Positions 29,400 through 39,259 of a stretch of 64,000 nucleotides of DNA are shown in pieces. Within the stretch, counting starts at the first letter, position 1. Each line of letters begins with the position of its first letter. Both the position numbers and the translations under genes were made by a program. Origin of the DNA: a virus. The notes beneath the pieces are model-generated. The model was given only the letters and a program-made list of their open reading frames with translations. It had not been told where the DNA came from and searched no databases. The stretch lies in the IMG/VR virus record IMGVR_UViG_3300046499_000680, positions 1 to 64,000 of that record; one strand, given 5' to 3'.

Positions 29400-29561
29400 A
29401 TGGGCGCCCGGAAGAAGCGACACACGCGGAAGAAGCGCCGCCAGGGCAACGCGGCGCTGAAGTTCGGCCCCGAGGCCAAGCCGCGTCACCAGCTTCTTTC
29501 CGGGCGCACCGGCAAGGCCCACTCGAAGAAGCTCCAGAGCAGACGACCGAGGAAGCAGTAG
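29400..29561 (+). CDS. small very basic protein
   Basis: MGARKKRHTRKKRRQG..., fills intergenic gap. Confidence 0.45.
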   Translation: MGARKKRHTRKKRRQGNAALKFGPEAKPRHQLLSGRTGKAHSKKLQSRRPRKQ

Positions 29562-29930
29562 ATGGAACGGAAACCCTTCAAAAAGAAGATGTGCGTGACC
29601 CACCAGAAGGTTATCGCTACGTGGCCCAACACTAAGGGTACGAGTGAGACCAATCTGTATGAGATCACGGCGGTTGACGAGCATGGGCAGCCGATCACGG
29701 AGAAGCTGCGTTCGTTCGCTGAAGTGGAGCTAAACATCCTGATCGAGTACGACCTGGAGCCTTACTCGCATCCGCAGCATGGTGAGTCGTGGACGGTGAA
29801 AAAGCCACGCTCGAACACCACCCAGCGAGTCGGCCACCTGGAGAAGCAGGTCGAGGACCTGGGCGACCGGCTGTCGGCGGTCGAAGCCCAGCTCGCCAAG
29901 GTTGCCCCCACCCAAGAGAGGAGCTTTTGA
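29562..29930 (+). CDS. hypothetical protein (beta-rich N-term, coiled-coil C-term)
   Basis: ORF with RBS. Confidence 0.6.
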   Translation: MERKPFKKKMCVTHQKVIATWPNTKGTSETNLYEITAVDEHGQPITEKLRSFAEVELNILIEYDLEPYSHPQHGESWTVKKPRSNTTQRVGHLEKQVEDLGDRLSAVEAQLAKVAPTQERSF

Positions 29931-30346
29931 TGGAGATCAAATGCAGGCCGATCTCGACCTTCCCCGAGGAGTTCAAGGCGGGGCGCATGGCGAGCAGCCC
30001 GTTTCGCAGCGGCTGGACGGCGACGATGGAATTGCTCGAACGGGAGTTGGACAAGCTCGGCGCGCGCGGCGCGGTCATCGAGCTGGCCCTGACCGAGCGG
30101 GAGATCAGGTTGGACGGCTGGCCGCGCGCCGAAGCCCGGCCGAGTCACCCCGGCGTCGTCATCAGCTTCGACTCCCGCCACGGGCCGCTCCGCTACGGCA
30201 CCGACGCCTTCCCCTACTGGCAGGACAACGTGCGCGCCATCGCGCTCGGCCTGGAGGCCCTGCGCAAGGTCGATCGCTACGGGATCGGCAAGCGCGGCGA
30301 GCAGTACCAGGGCTGGCGCCAGCTCGGCGGGCCGCCCTGGAGCTGA
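29930..30346 (+). CDS. conserved phage protein (N-terminal domain of phage DnaJ-like proteins, no J domain)
   Basis: HPGVVISF...WQDNVRAIALGLEALRKVDRYG...EQYQGW. Confidence 0.6.
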   Translation: MEIKCRPISTFPEEFKAGRMASSPFRSGWTATMELLERELDKLGARGAVIELALTEREIRLDGWPRAEARPSHPGVVISFDSRHGPLRYGTDAFPYWQDNVRAIALGLEALRKVDRYGIGKRGEQYQGWRQLGGPPWS

Positions 30347-30350
30347 TCTG

Positions 30351-31607
30351 ATGTCGGCCGAGCCTGCGGCACTGAAGGAGGGCGGCGGTCAGGGGATCAA
30401 CCCCTCACACCTCGCCATCCTGGAGCGCTACGGCGGCAAGCGCGGTGCCCAGGCCCTCGCGCTGGTCAGCGCCGGGCAGCTCCTGTGGCCGATCGCGAAG
30501 AAGCTGCGCGAGCGGCTGAACGCCAAAGAGGACTACTCGATCACCGTCCCCGGCGTCGATCCGCTCTACCCCGACCTCCACGACTGGGTGCTGGAGCGCA
30601 TCCCCGCCGAGGAGCGGAAAGCGATGATCGCCTCCACCGAGACCGAGGGTAACTACGGCCCGGAGGGTGTGACCGAGAAACAGGAACTCCGGTTGCGATA
30701 TGACGGCACGCGCAAACAGGTCGTACGGCTCGACGCTCACCGGATCACCGTCGAAGTGCAGCGGGAGGAGGTGCCGGAACGGGTCAACCTGACCGACAAC
30801 TGGCGCCGGTTCACCGAGAAGATCGTCTTCGTCGCCAGCTCGATCCAGGGCCGCGAAGCCATCGTGCAGATGATCGACGGGCTGCTCGCCGCCCGCAAAG
30901 GCGAGCCGGAGCCGCCCGCCCTCTACATGCCCGCGAGCTGGGGACCGGAATGGCGGCGCCGGGGCGACCTGCCGCCGCGCACGCTCGACAGCACGATCTT
31001 GAAGGAGGGCCAGCTAGAGCGGCTGGTAGAGGACCTGGGCGACTTCCTCGCCCGCGAGGAGGAATACGCCCGCTTCTCGCAGCCGTGGCACCGGGGCTAT
31101 CTGTTCCACGGGGCGCCGGGCACCGGGAAGACGACGCTCGCGCGGGCGCTCGCCAACCACTTCGACATCCCGACCTATTACCTGCCGCTCGGCGACATCG
31201 ACAAGGACGCCGACCTGACCCAGTACGTCGCCGCGATCGCGCCCCGGTCGATCCTCCTGCTGGAGGACATCGACAACTTTCACTCGGCGACCGAGCGCAG
31301 CGATGACAAGGGCAAGGCATCCCTCGCCGCGCTGCTGAACGCGACCGATGGAGTGTGGACGCCGCATGGGCTGATAACCGTGATGACGACCAATCACCGC
31401 GAAGTGCTGGACGAGGCGCTGGTCCGGCCCGGCCGCATCGACGTGGAGGAGGAATTCACCGTCCTCGACTGGTACCAGGCCACCGGCATCGCTGACTTCT
31501 ATTGCAGCCTGGAGGGCTTCCAACCGCAGGAGTGGGAGGAGCAGCCGCCCGCCAAATTGATCGAGACCCTGATGCGAGAGAGAGGTAAGAAATGCGTGGC
31601 ATCCTGA
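30351..31607 (+). CDS. BCS1-like AAA+ ATPase
   Basis: PWHRGYLFHGAPGTGKT, ILLLEDID, LLNATDG, MTTNH, ALVRPGRID. Confidence 0.85.
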   Translation: MSAEPAALKEGGGQGINPSHLAILERYGGKRGAQALALVSAGQLLWPIAKKLRERLNAKEDYSITVPGVDPLYPDLHDWVLERIPAEERKAMIASTETEGNYGPEGVTEKQELRLRYDGTRKQVVRLDAHRITVEVQREEVPERVNLTDNWRRFTEKIVFVASSIQGREAIVQMIDGLLAARKGEPEPPALYMPASWGPEWRRRGDLPPRTLDSTILKEGQLERLVEDLGDFLAREEEYARFSQPWHRGYLFHGAPGTGKTTLARALANHFDIPTYYLPLGDIDKDADLTQYVAAIAPRSILLLEDIDNFHSATERSDDKGKASLAALLNATDGVWTPHGLITVMTTNHREVLDEALVRPGRIDVEEEFTVLDWYQATGIADFYCSLEGFQPQEWEEQPPAKLIETLMRERGKKCVAS

Positions 31608-31709
31608 AACTCGTTGTCCGCGTCGCCGTTGACGCGATGATCCTGGACCTCTACCACTCCTTCGAGCGCGCGGTCCTCCGGCGCCTGAAGCACCGACAGG
31701 AGGAGTGGG

Positions 31710-32681
31710 GTGGCTGAGACCTCGATCGAGTGGGCCACGGAGGTCTGGAACCCGTTCACCGGGTGCGATCGGGTCTCCCCCGGCTGCGCTCACTGCTACG
31801 CGGCCACCTCCGCCGCCCGCATCCAGAAACAGGAGCGCGGCCGGGTCAAGAAAGCTCGCGCTGAAGGCAAGCCCGACCCGAAGACGCGCTACCAGAACGA
31901 CGGGGACCCGCTGTCGAGCGGCCCCGGCTTCGGCTTCACCGTCCACTGGGACAAGCTGGAGGAACCGCCCCGGTTCAAACCCGGCGCCCGCGTCTTCGTC
32001 AACTCGATGTCGGACGTGTTCCATGAGGAGGCGCCGGTCGAGGCCATCGCGAAGATGTGGCAGGTCTTCGCCGACCGCCCCGACGTGCAGTTCCTGGTCC
32101 TCACCAAGCGGGCGGAGCGGATGCAGTTCGTCCTCAGCGCCTGGGACGAGATCGACAAGGTGGAGAACCTGCCGCCGATCGGCCCGCTCCCGAACGTCTG
32201 GCTCGGCGTCACGATCGAGAACCGGAAGTTCGTCCACCGCGCTGACCTCCTTCGCGCCACCCCCGCCGCCGTCCGCTTCATCTCGGCGGAGCCGCTGCTG
32301 GGGCCGGTCCTCGACCACCATGAGCATGAGTGGGGGCTGATCTCCGAGGAGGACCCAGACGAAACGGAGCTGTGCGGGAGGTGCGGGCGCCAGCGCGATC
32401 GGGGCGGCATCCTCCGGGAACGCGCCTTCATCACCGGAGGCTGGCCGAACCCCGAACTCAACCTGGAGGGGATCGACTGGGTGATCGTCGGCGGCGAGTC
32501 GGGGCCTGACCACCGGCCGTTCGATGTGGAGTGGGCGCGGGCCATCTACAAGGACTCGCGCTCGACCGGGACGGCGTTCTTCTTCAAGCAGCTCGGCGGG
32601 TCGCATCCGGGCAACGAACTGAGCGAGCTTCCGGCTGGACTTCAGGTCCGCGAGTTCCCGCAACGGGAGTTGGTCGGATGA
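31710..32681 (+). CDS. DUF5131 / phage Gp37Gp68 family protein
   Basis: TSIEWAT..WNPFTGCDRVSPGCAHCYA, FVNSMSDVFH, LTKR, ISAEPLLG, WVIVGGESG, FFKQLG. Confidence 0.9.
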   Translation: MAETSIEWATEVWNPFTGCDRVSPGCAHCYAATSAARIQKQERGRVKKARAEGKPDPKTRYQNDGDPLSSGPGFGFTVHWDKLEEPPRFKPGARVFVNSMSDVFHEEAPVEAIAKMWQVFADRPDVQFLVLTKRAERMQFVLSAWDEIDKVENLPPIGPLPNVWLGVTIENRKFVHRADLLRATPAAVRFISAEPLLGPVLDHHEHEWGLISEEDPDETELCGRCGRQRDRGGILRERAFITGGWPNPELNLEGIDWVIVGGESGPDHRPFDVEWARAIYKDSRSTGTAFFFKQLGGSHPGNELSELPAGLQVREFPQRELVG

Positions 32682-33151
32682 TCTTCCAGGCCGATCTGGC
32701 TCGCTCGATCATCCGGGGCGACAAGCGCGCGACCCGGCGCCGCAAGGTCCCCGGCAAGCCGCGCTCGCCCTGGTACAGCCACCGCTGCTCCTACTCGGTC
32801 GGCCAGGTGTTCACCGTCAACCCCGGCCGTGGCATCGCCCGCGTCGCCGAGGCGAAGATCACCGCCGTCTACTCCCAGCAGCTCGGGCAGATGACGGAGA
32901 AAGACGCGAAGCTGGAGGGCTGCAAAAACCTGAAGCACTTCCGCGAAACGTGGAAGGCGATCAACAAGGTCTGGAATCCCGCCGAGGAGGTCTGGGTCAT
33001 CGAGTTCGAGCTGGACGGCTCGACCTGCATGGGCTGCGACGGCTGCGGCTGGTGCGAGGGGTCGCCCGCGTTCCTCTGTGACGACTGCTACTCGACCGGC
33101 ATCGAGGTGACGGCGGCTGGTCGCGCGCTGATGGAGGCCGATGAATCTTGA
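32678..33151 (+). CDS. ASCH domain protein with C-terminal Zn finger
   Basis: GDKRATRR (GxKxxTxR), DAKLEG, VWVIEF, CxxCxGCG. Confidence 0.75.
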   Translation: MIFQADLARSIIRGDKRATRRRKVPGKPRSPWYSHRCSYSVGQVFTVNPGRGIARVAEAKITAVYSQQLGQMTEKDAKLEGCKNLKHFRETWKAINKVWNPAEEVWVIEFELDGSTCMGCDGCGWCEGSPAFLCDDCYSTGIEVTAAGRALMEADES

Positions 33152-33395
33152 AGTCGTCAAACGCCAGTATCCCTGCCGCTGGTTCGCATCCGACCCGAAG
33201 TCAACGAAGTGTCGGTCGTGCCAGCTCCTTCACCACGTCCGGCCCGACGGCACCGACACGACCTACTGCGGGCACCTCTGCCTGGAGGAGAACGGCTGGT
33301 ACGTCCTCGCCGACACGCACCCCGAGGACATCGACCAGCTCCAGCGCTGCACGGTCTGTTACTCGCGGCTCCCAGAGCAGGAGACCATCCTGTGA
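33141..33395 (+). CDS. small Cys-rich Zn-finger protein
   Basis: CRSC, CGHLC, CTVC. Confidence 0.55.
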   Translation: MNLEVVKRQYPCRWFASDPKSTKCRSCQLLHHVRPDGTDTTYCGHLCLEENGWYVLADTHPEDIDQLQRCTVCYSRLPEQETIL

Positions 33396-34189
33396 GTAAG
33401 CGACCGAAGCCGCTGGTGGTCATCCCGACCTACCTGACCAACGAGGAGGGCCGTCAGGCCACGGAAGACGCGATCACGTCGGTGCGGAAAACCGCTGGCG
33501 ATGGGGTCGGCATCCTGCTCGTTGACGACGGTTCGCCCGAGCCGGACCTGATGACCGAAATCGAAAACATGCAACTGGAGTTCGAGGTACACAGGAAGTC
33601 CAAAAACTCTGGATTCAGCAAAACCGTCAACGTCGGATTGAGGCGCGCGTTGCAGGAAGGTCGCGACGCGGTGCTGATGAACGCCGACGTGGAGATCATC
33701 ACGCCGGGCTGGGTCCGGCAGTTCCGCTCGACCCAGGACCAAAGCTCCCAACCGGCGGCCGTCGTCGGTGCGCTCCTGCTCTACCCGAGCGGCTTGATCC
33801 AGCACGGCGGCGTCTACTTCTCCCTGCTCACCCGCACCTTCGACCACCTCTACAAGTACGGGCCGATGAACCTGCCGGAGGCGCTGAAGAAAAGCATCTG
33901 CCCGGTCACCGGGGCGCTCCAGTACATCCGCCACCGGACCCTGGAGACCATCGGCCTCTACGACGAGAGCTTCTACATGGGGTGGGAGGACGTTGACTAC
34001 TGCCTTCGCGTCTTCGCGCACGGCGAGCAGTGCGTCTACAACCCCAACGTCCGCGCTTACCACTTCGAGTACATGTTCCGGGGCAAGCCTTCGCCGAAAA
34101 TTGCGGACTGGCAGGCGAAATCCTGGATGTACCTGTGCGAGAAGTGGAAGGATCAGAGCTTCAGCGACCTCGTTCCGACGATCTGGTGA
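33392..34189 (+). CDS. glycosyltransferase family 2
   Basis: VVIPTY, LVDDGS, NSGFSKTVNVG, MNADV, YDESF..GWEDVDYC. Confidence 0.9.
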   Translation: MSKRPKPLVVIPTYLTNEEGRQATEDAITSVRKTAGDGVGILLVDDGSPEPDLMTEIENMQLEFEVHRKSKNSGFSKTVNVGLRRALQEGRDAVLMNADVEIITPGWVRQFRSTQDQSSQPAAVVGALLLYPSGLIQHGGVYFSLLTRTFDHLYKYGPMNLPEALKKSICPVTGALQYIRHRTLETIGLYDESFYMGWEDVDYCLRVFAHGEQCVYNPNVRAYHFEYMFRGKPSPKIADWQAKSWMYLCEKWKDQSFSDLVPTIW

Positions 34190-34200
34190 AAGGACAAGCG

Positions 34201-34920
34201 ATGCCGACCAACAAGAACTGGTGGGAATACGACGAGCTGCCCTCGGGGGAGCCGTACGACTGGGTAGGTCAGTCACACGGGGACTCCGCCGCCGCGCGCG
34301 GTGACTCGCCCTACGACAACCTCGACTTCCACCTCGACCTCGGCTGCGGCACCCTGCCCAAGGCCCGGCTGGGGATCGACCGCTTCCCCGGCAACGGGGT
34401 CGGGATGCTGCTGGACCTCGACGCGATGATCCCGGCGTCCTTCGGGACGCTGGACAGCGACGGCGAGAAGGTCCTTCAGCGCACGCTGGAAATGTTCAAC
34501 CAGATGGCGCTCGGCGGCGAGCGGTTCACCACCGGCCTGCCGTTCCCGACCGGCTCGATCGAGTCGATCATCAGCCACCACATGATGGAGCATCTGAGCA
34601 GCCGGGGATTCATCGCCCTGATTGACGAGTGCCACCGCGTGCTGAAACCCGGCGGCATCCTGCGCGCGATCACGCCGCTGTTCCCGTCGCGGTCGGCGGT
34701 CGAGGACCCCGATCACAAGCTCTGGATCATGGAGGGGACGTTCGAGACCTTCTGCGGCGCCCCCGACGGCTCGCACTGGCACGAATCGTTCTCGCGGCCC
34801 TACACCGAGAGCCGCTTCGAGATGGTGGACAAGGACTTCACCGCGCCCGTGTCGCCGGAGGAAGCCTGGGGCGACAACGACGTGCGGGAGATTCGCGTCG
34901 CGCTAAGGAAATACGAGTAG
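34201..34920 (+). CDS. class I SAM methyltransferase
   Basis: LDLGCG, SHHMMEHL, ECHRVLKPGG. Confidence 0.85.
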   Translation: MPTNKNWWEYDELPSGEPYDWVGQSHGDSAAARGDSPYDNLDFHLDLGCGTLPKARLGIDRFPGNGVGMLLDLDAMIPASFGTLDSDGEKVLQRTLEMFNQMALGGERFTTGLPFPTGSIESIISHHMMEHLSSRGFIALIDECHRVLKPGGILRAITPLFPSRSAVEDPDHKLWIMEGTFETFCGAPDGSHWHESFSRPYTESRFEMVDKDFTAPVSPEEAWGDNDVREIRVALRKYE

Positions 34921-35661
34921 ATGGACATATCCCTCCTGATAACGACGCACCAGCGCGCCCACCTGCTCGAACAGAGCCTGGACCGCCTGCTGGGGCTGAC
35001 GTTGCCCGCCGAGCTGATCGTCGTGGACGACGGCGGCGACGACGCGACGCCGGAGATCGTCGCCGAGTTCGGCACCCGATCGGGAGTGGAGACCACCTAC
35101 ATCTACACGCACAACCCCGGCGCCCAGCTCTGCTCGCACGCCCGCAACGTCGGGATCAAACGGGCGAAGTACGACTGGATCGTGACCTCGGAGCCGGAGC
35201 TGTGTTTTCGCACCGACGCGCTGGCGCAGTTCCCGGAACTCCAGTCGCGACATCCGAAGATGGTCATCTCGACCGGCCGAGTCTTCTTCGCCCCGGACGG
35301 CGCGGCGCCGGTCTTCGAGGGCGAGCCGGGCTGGGAGGTGGCCCACGTCTGGACCGCGCCGCACGCCGCGCTCTGGAAGCGGGAGTGGCTGCTGGCGGTC
35401 GGGGGCTGGGACGAGGGCTTCCCCGGCGCCTGGGGCTGGGATGACACCGACCTGCTGACCCGGCTCCGGCTCAGCGGCCACGGCCAGTACATCGCCCCGG
35501 AGATCGAGGCGGTCCACCTTTGGCATCCGCTCGGCGGCGACACCGACTCCCAGAACGAAGAATATTTCCGGGCAAGGTCGTTCATCGTTGACGAGTCAGA
35601 CCTGACCGATCTGGTCGCGAATAAGGAGGGGGAATGGGGAATCGCAAAACCCCGGCCGTAG
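34921..35661 (+). CDS. glycosyltransferase family 2 (GT7C-like C-terminus)
   Basis: IVVDDG, ARNVG, VGGWDEGF..WGWDDTDL, HLWH. Confidence 0.88.
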   Translation: MDISLLITTHQRAHLLEQSLDRLLGLTLPAELIVVDDGGDDATPEIVAEFGTRSGVETTYIYTHNPGAQLCSHARNVGIKRAKYDWIVTSEPELCFRTDALAQFPELQSRHPKMVISTGRVFFAPDGAAPVFEGEPGWEVAHVWTAPHAALWKREWLLAVGGWDEGFPGAWGWDDTDLLTRLRLSGHGQYIAPEIEAVHLWHPLGGDTDSQNEEYFRARSFIVDESDLTDLVANKEGEWGIAKPRP

Positions 35662-36329
35662 ACCCGGCCGAGAAGTTCTACGCCGACCAGCTTCAGGCGG
35701 AGGTCGATACCTGGTGCATCGAGGACGAGGACCGGCGCCATGAGAAGTTGCAGCGCGAGCGCATCCGGCATCCGAAACTGATCCGGGACCTCAAACTCGA
35801 CCAGCTCGACACCCACCTGATGGACGTGCTGGAGATCGGCGGCGGCCCCTGCCCGGTCACCGACCTGCTGGAGTTCGACACGCGGATGGTGGTCGATCCC
35901 AACACCGACGACTATGCCCGCTACTTCCCCCTCAGCGAAACCGAACACTTCACGATGCGCGTGGAAGAAATGGGCGACGACTTCGAGGAGCGCTTCGACC
36001 TGATCGTCTGCACCAACGCGCTCGACCACGTTCAGATTCCGGTGGCGGCCGTGGACCGCATCCGCAAGATGGTGAGGCCCGGCGGCTACGTGGCGATCAT
36101 GTGCGCCGAGAACAACGCACTCACCAACCCCCACCCCTGCCACACTCACAACCTGACGGCGAAGCAACTGCATCGCTGGTTGGACCCTGAGTTCGAGACC
36201 TGCTGGGAGTTGAACTTCGCCGAGCATGGTTACCGCTACGGGTGGGTGGAATACCAGGGCAAACGCGGCCAGCCAGCCTTCGCCTTGCTGATGCGCAACT
36301 GTGCTGGATACCCCGAGAGGAGACCCTGA
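35634..36329 (+). CDS. class I SAM methyltransferase
   Basis: VLEIGGGP, VDP, FDLIVCTNALDH, VRPGG. Confidence 0.85.
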   Translation: MGNRKTPAVDPAEKFYADQLQAEVDTWCIEDEDRRHEKLQRERIRHPKLIRDLKLDQLDTHLMDVLEIGGGPCPVTDLLEFDTRMVVDPNTDDYARYFPLSETEHFTMRVEEMGDDFEERFDLIVCTNALDHVQIPVAAVDRIRKMVRPGGYVAIMCAENNALTNPHPCHTHNLTAKQLHRWLDPEFETCWELNFAEHGYRYGWVEYQGKRGQPAFALLMRNCAGYPERRP

Positions 36330-37069
36330 TGTTTGCCACCGCCTGCGTCCTGAGCTACGAACGGCCCGACTTCCTCAAACAGTCGATCGAGACCATGATC
36401 GCGAACGCCGACTGGCCGCTGGAGATCATCGTCCACGACGACGGCTCCCGCGACCCTCGCGTCAACGCCCTGCTCCAAGCCCTCCTCGCTGAAGGGAAAG
36501 TCTCGACGGTGATGCTCAACGCCCCCGGCCACAACGAGGGCCAGGGCATCGCGCTCAACCGGATGTTCAACGCCGCGCAGGGCGACCCGATCATCAAGCT
36601 GGACCAGGACCTGGTTTACCAGCCGGGCTGGCTGCGCGAGTCGGTCCACGTCCTCGAAGCCAACCGGGCGCGGATGCAGGACCCGAACAACCCGCTGGAG
36701 GGCGAGCCTGCGATCGGCGCGCTCGGCCTGTTCCGGTACCCGGCCGAGCCGGTGCGCTACGAGGACATGTTCATCCAGCACTGGGGCGGCGAGTGGGAGG
36801 AGTGCAAGGATTTCGTCGGCTCGGCGATGGTCATCCCCCGCGATGCCTGGGAGGCATTCGGCCCCTTCGACCACCACTCCGACGCCTTCGCCGAGGACCG
36901 CGAATTCAAGATGAAACTGCGGACTGAAGGGCTGGCGCTGGCGCTCCCGAGCGGCGGCGATCTGGTCGTCAACGTCGGCTTCGGCGTCGGTCCGTCAACC
37001 GTCGTCGTGGACCACGGCACCGTCGCCGGAATCCACCACGGACCACACATCATCGGAGGAGGAGCATGA
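36329..37069 (+). CDS. glycosyltransferase family 2
   Basis: SYERP, IVHDDGS, KLDQD, AEDREF. Confidence 0.85.
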   Translation: MFATACVLSYERPDFLKQSIETMIANADWPLEIIVHDDGSRDPRVNALLQALLAEGKVSTVMLNAPGHNEGQGIALNRMFNAAQGDPIIKLDQDLVYQPGWLRESVHVLEANRARMQDPNNPLEGEPAIGALGLFRYPAEPVRYEDMFIQHWGGEWEECKDFVGSAMVIPRDAWEAFGPFDHHSDAFAEDREFKMKLRTEGLALALPSGGDLVVNVGFGVGPSTVVVDHGTVAGIHHGPHIIGGGA

Positions 37070-38001
37070 ACACTGCCGTCGTCATCCCGGTGGGGCCGGG
37101 CCGCCTGGAGAACCTGGTGCAGGTCCTTCGCTGCCTCTCCCAGCAGACCGTCAAACCCGATCTCGTCGCCGTCATCTGCGACGGCCCCGAGGCCGCCTTC
37201 GAGGTCGATGGCGCCTATGACATCCCGCTCGCGGTCCTCCAGTCGAGCAAGCATGAGCCGGGCGAGGAGCAGCCACGCAACATCGGCGTCCGGCTCGTCC
37301 GCGATCTGGAAGGCCAGGGCAACCAGACCTTCAGCCACGTCTGGTTCCTCGACAGCGACGTGATCGTGGGGCCTGACTGCCTGGAGATGTACGAGGCGGC
37401 GATGCAGGCCGAGCCGATCGACCGAGTGATGGTCGGCCCCTACGACTGGATGCCGCCCGGCGTCCGCGAGCCGATGCCCGACCTGAAGAATGACCCGCGC
37501 TGGGTCAGCTTCGACACGCAGGAGCCGTGGGAGATGCTGCGCAACGATCTGTCTGCGGGGCTGGCCTGCTTCTCCGGCAACCTGATCTGGCCGATCGCGG
37601 AGTTCGAGCGGGTCGGCGGCTTCTGGAACGACCTGCACCACGGCCGCTGCGAGGACGGCGAGCTGGGCCTGCGCGCGGTCTCGATGCAGGTCCCGATCAG
37701 CTACGTCAAAGCCGCGCGGGGCTGGCACCTCTACCACGACTTCGACCCGGAGGTGGTAAAGGCTCGCAACGCCCGCGACGTGCCGATGCTCAACGAACGC
37801 CATCCGTGGGTCGAGGGCGCCGGGCTGTTCGTGGAGGACGCCGACGGCAAACGGTTCTCGGTCAGATGTCCCAACTGCCGTTGCGAGTTCCCGTCGTCGC
37901 AAATCTGGGCGCACAAGGCCGACTGCATCACGCCCGGCGAAGACGAGCCGATCCCGGATGACGCACCTCGCGATTGGGGCGAGGGCGAGGGTCCGAAGTG
38001 A
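37066..38001 (+). CDS. glycosyltransferase family 2 with C-terminal C2HC Zn finger
   Basis: VVIP, ICDG, FLDSD, VGGF, EDGELGLR, HLYH; CPNC..H..C. Confidence 0.85.
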   Translation: MNTAVVIPVGPGRLENLVQVLRCLSQQTVKPDLVAVICDGPEAAFEVDGAYDIPLAVLQSSKHEPGEEQPRNIGVRLVRDLEGQGNQTFSHVWFLDSDVIVGPDCLEMYEAAMQAEPIDRVMVGPYDWMPPGVREPMPDLKNDPRWVSFDTQEPWEMLRNDLSAGLACFSGNLIWPIAEFERVGGFWNDLHHGRCEDGELGLRAVSMQVPISYVKAARGWHLYHDFDPEVVKARNARDVPMLNERHPWVEGAGLFVEDADGKRFSVRCPNCRCEFPSSQIWAHKADCITPGEDEPIPDDAPRDWGEGEGPK

Positions 38002-39065
38002 ACGAGGAGCTGGACATCTCGCGCGACGTGCTATTCGTCGGCCTCGGGGCCTCGCCGGTCTGTTACTACCGGGCGATGCTCCCGGCGATGGCCCTCGGCG
38101 CCGACTGGATCGGGCTGAACGGCGAGCCGCCGAAACTGGGCTGGGCGACCGGCCTGGCGAAGGACGAGAACGGCGTGCCGCAGTCGGCGATGCCGGACCT
38201 GTTCCGCTACAAGATCGTCGTCCTCCAGCAGCCGCAGGGACCGAACTGGGTGAAGCTGATCCGTGGCCTGCGCGAGGCTGGGGTGAAAGTGATCTTCGAG
38301 ATTGACGACTACCTCCACGGGATCAAGCACCTGGAGGATCACGACTGGTCGGACAAGTTCGACAACGAGGTGCTGAATCGCTACGAGGAAGCGATGAAAG
38401 CGTGCGACGCGCTGATCGCCTCGACGGAGTGGATCAGGGGCAACTACTCCCACTTCAACAAGCACGCCTTCCTCTGCCAGAACGGCATCGACCTGGGCCG
38501 CTACAAACTCACTCGCCCCAAACGCGACACGGTGAACGTCGGGTGGGCGGGGGCGACCGGGCACCTGAAAGCCATCACCCCCTGGCTCCAGCAGCTCGCC
38601 AACGTGATGCAGGCCAACCCCAACGTCAACTTTGTCAGCATCGGGCAGACCTTCGCCGACGGCTTCAAACCCCACTTTGGCGAGGAGCGGTCGGTGGCGG
38701 TGCCGTGGGCCGCGATCGAGCAGTACCCCAGCGCGATGACCATGTTCGACATCGCGCTGGCGCCGGGCGGCTCCGGCGGCTGGTGGCGCGGCAAGTCCGA
38801 CCTGCGCTGGCTGGAGGCGGGCGCCCTCGGCATCCCCATCATCGCCAACCCGGAGGTCTACCCCGAAATCGAGGACGGCGTGACCGGCATGTTGGCGCGC
38901 AACCCCGAAGACGTGGCGGAAAAGCTGTTCGGCCTGATCGGCGACAAGAGGCTGCGAGAGAAGGTCGGCGAGCAGGCCCGCGAGTTCATCACCGAGAACC
39001 GGAGCATGAAACAGGTCCGGGAGCAGTGGGTGCAGGCGTTTATGGCCGTCGTCAGCGCTGAGTAA
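37998..39065 (+). CDS. GT-B glycosyltransferase (GT4-like)
   Basis: YYRA..P, EIDD, NGID, VGWAG, DIALAP, KSDLRWLEAGALGIPIIA, DGVTG. Confidence 0.88.
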   Translation: MNEELDISRDVLFVGLGASPVCYYRAMLPAMALGADWIGLNGEPPKLGWATGLAKDENGVPQSAMPDLFRYKIVVLQQPQGPNWVKLIRGLREAGVKVIFEIDDYLHGIKHLEDHDWSDKFDNEVLNRYEEAMKACDALIASTEWIRGNYSHFNKHAFLCQNGIDLGRYKLTRPKRDTVNVGWAGATGHLKAITPWLQQLANVMQANPNVNFVSIGQTFADGFKPHFGEERSVAVPWAAIEQYPSAMTMFDIALAPGGSGGWWRGKSDLRWLEAGALGIPIIANPEVYPEIEDGVTGMLARNPEDVAEKLFGLIGDKRLREKVGEQAREFITENRSMKQVREQWVQAFMAVVSAE

Positions 39066-39076
39066 GGTCCAGGGCC

Positions 39077-39244
39077 ATGCCAGTTCCGATCCTCGACCCC
39101 GGCGCCGACCCGCAGGAGAAGAAGCGGCTGGAGATGCTGCGTGGCCTCGCCTCCCAGAGCAAGGACGAGCAGAAGAAGAAGCGCCCGCCGCCTCCGCCGC
39201 GCAAGAAGAAGAAGCTGATCCTCCCCGGCGGCGGCGGGTACTAG
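39077..39244 (+). CDS. small basic protein
   Basis: 55 aa MPVPILDPG...KKKKLILPGGGGY, good codon bias. Confidence 0.5.
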   Translation: MPVPILDPGADPQEKKRLEMLRGLASQSKDEQKKKRPPPPPRKKKKLILPGGGGY

Positions 39245-39245
39245 C

Positions 39246-39259
39246 CGAACATACGTTCT
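39246..39259. promoter_or_regulatory. LexA (Cheo/SOS) box-like site CGAACATACGTTCT
   Basis: Matches GAAC-N4-GTTC; intergenic upstream of sigma gene. Confidence 0.55.
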
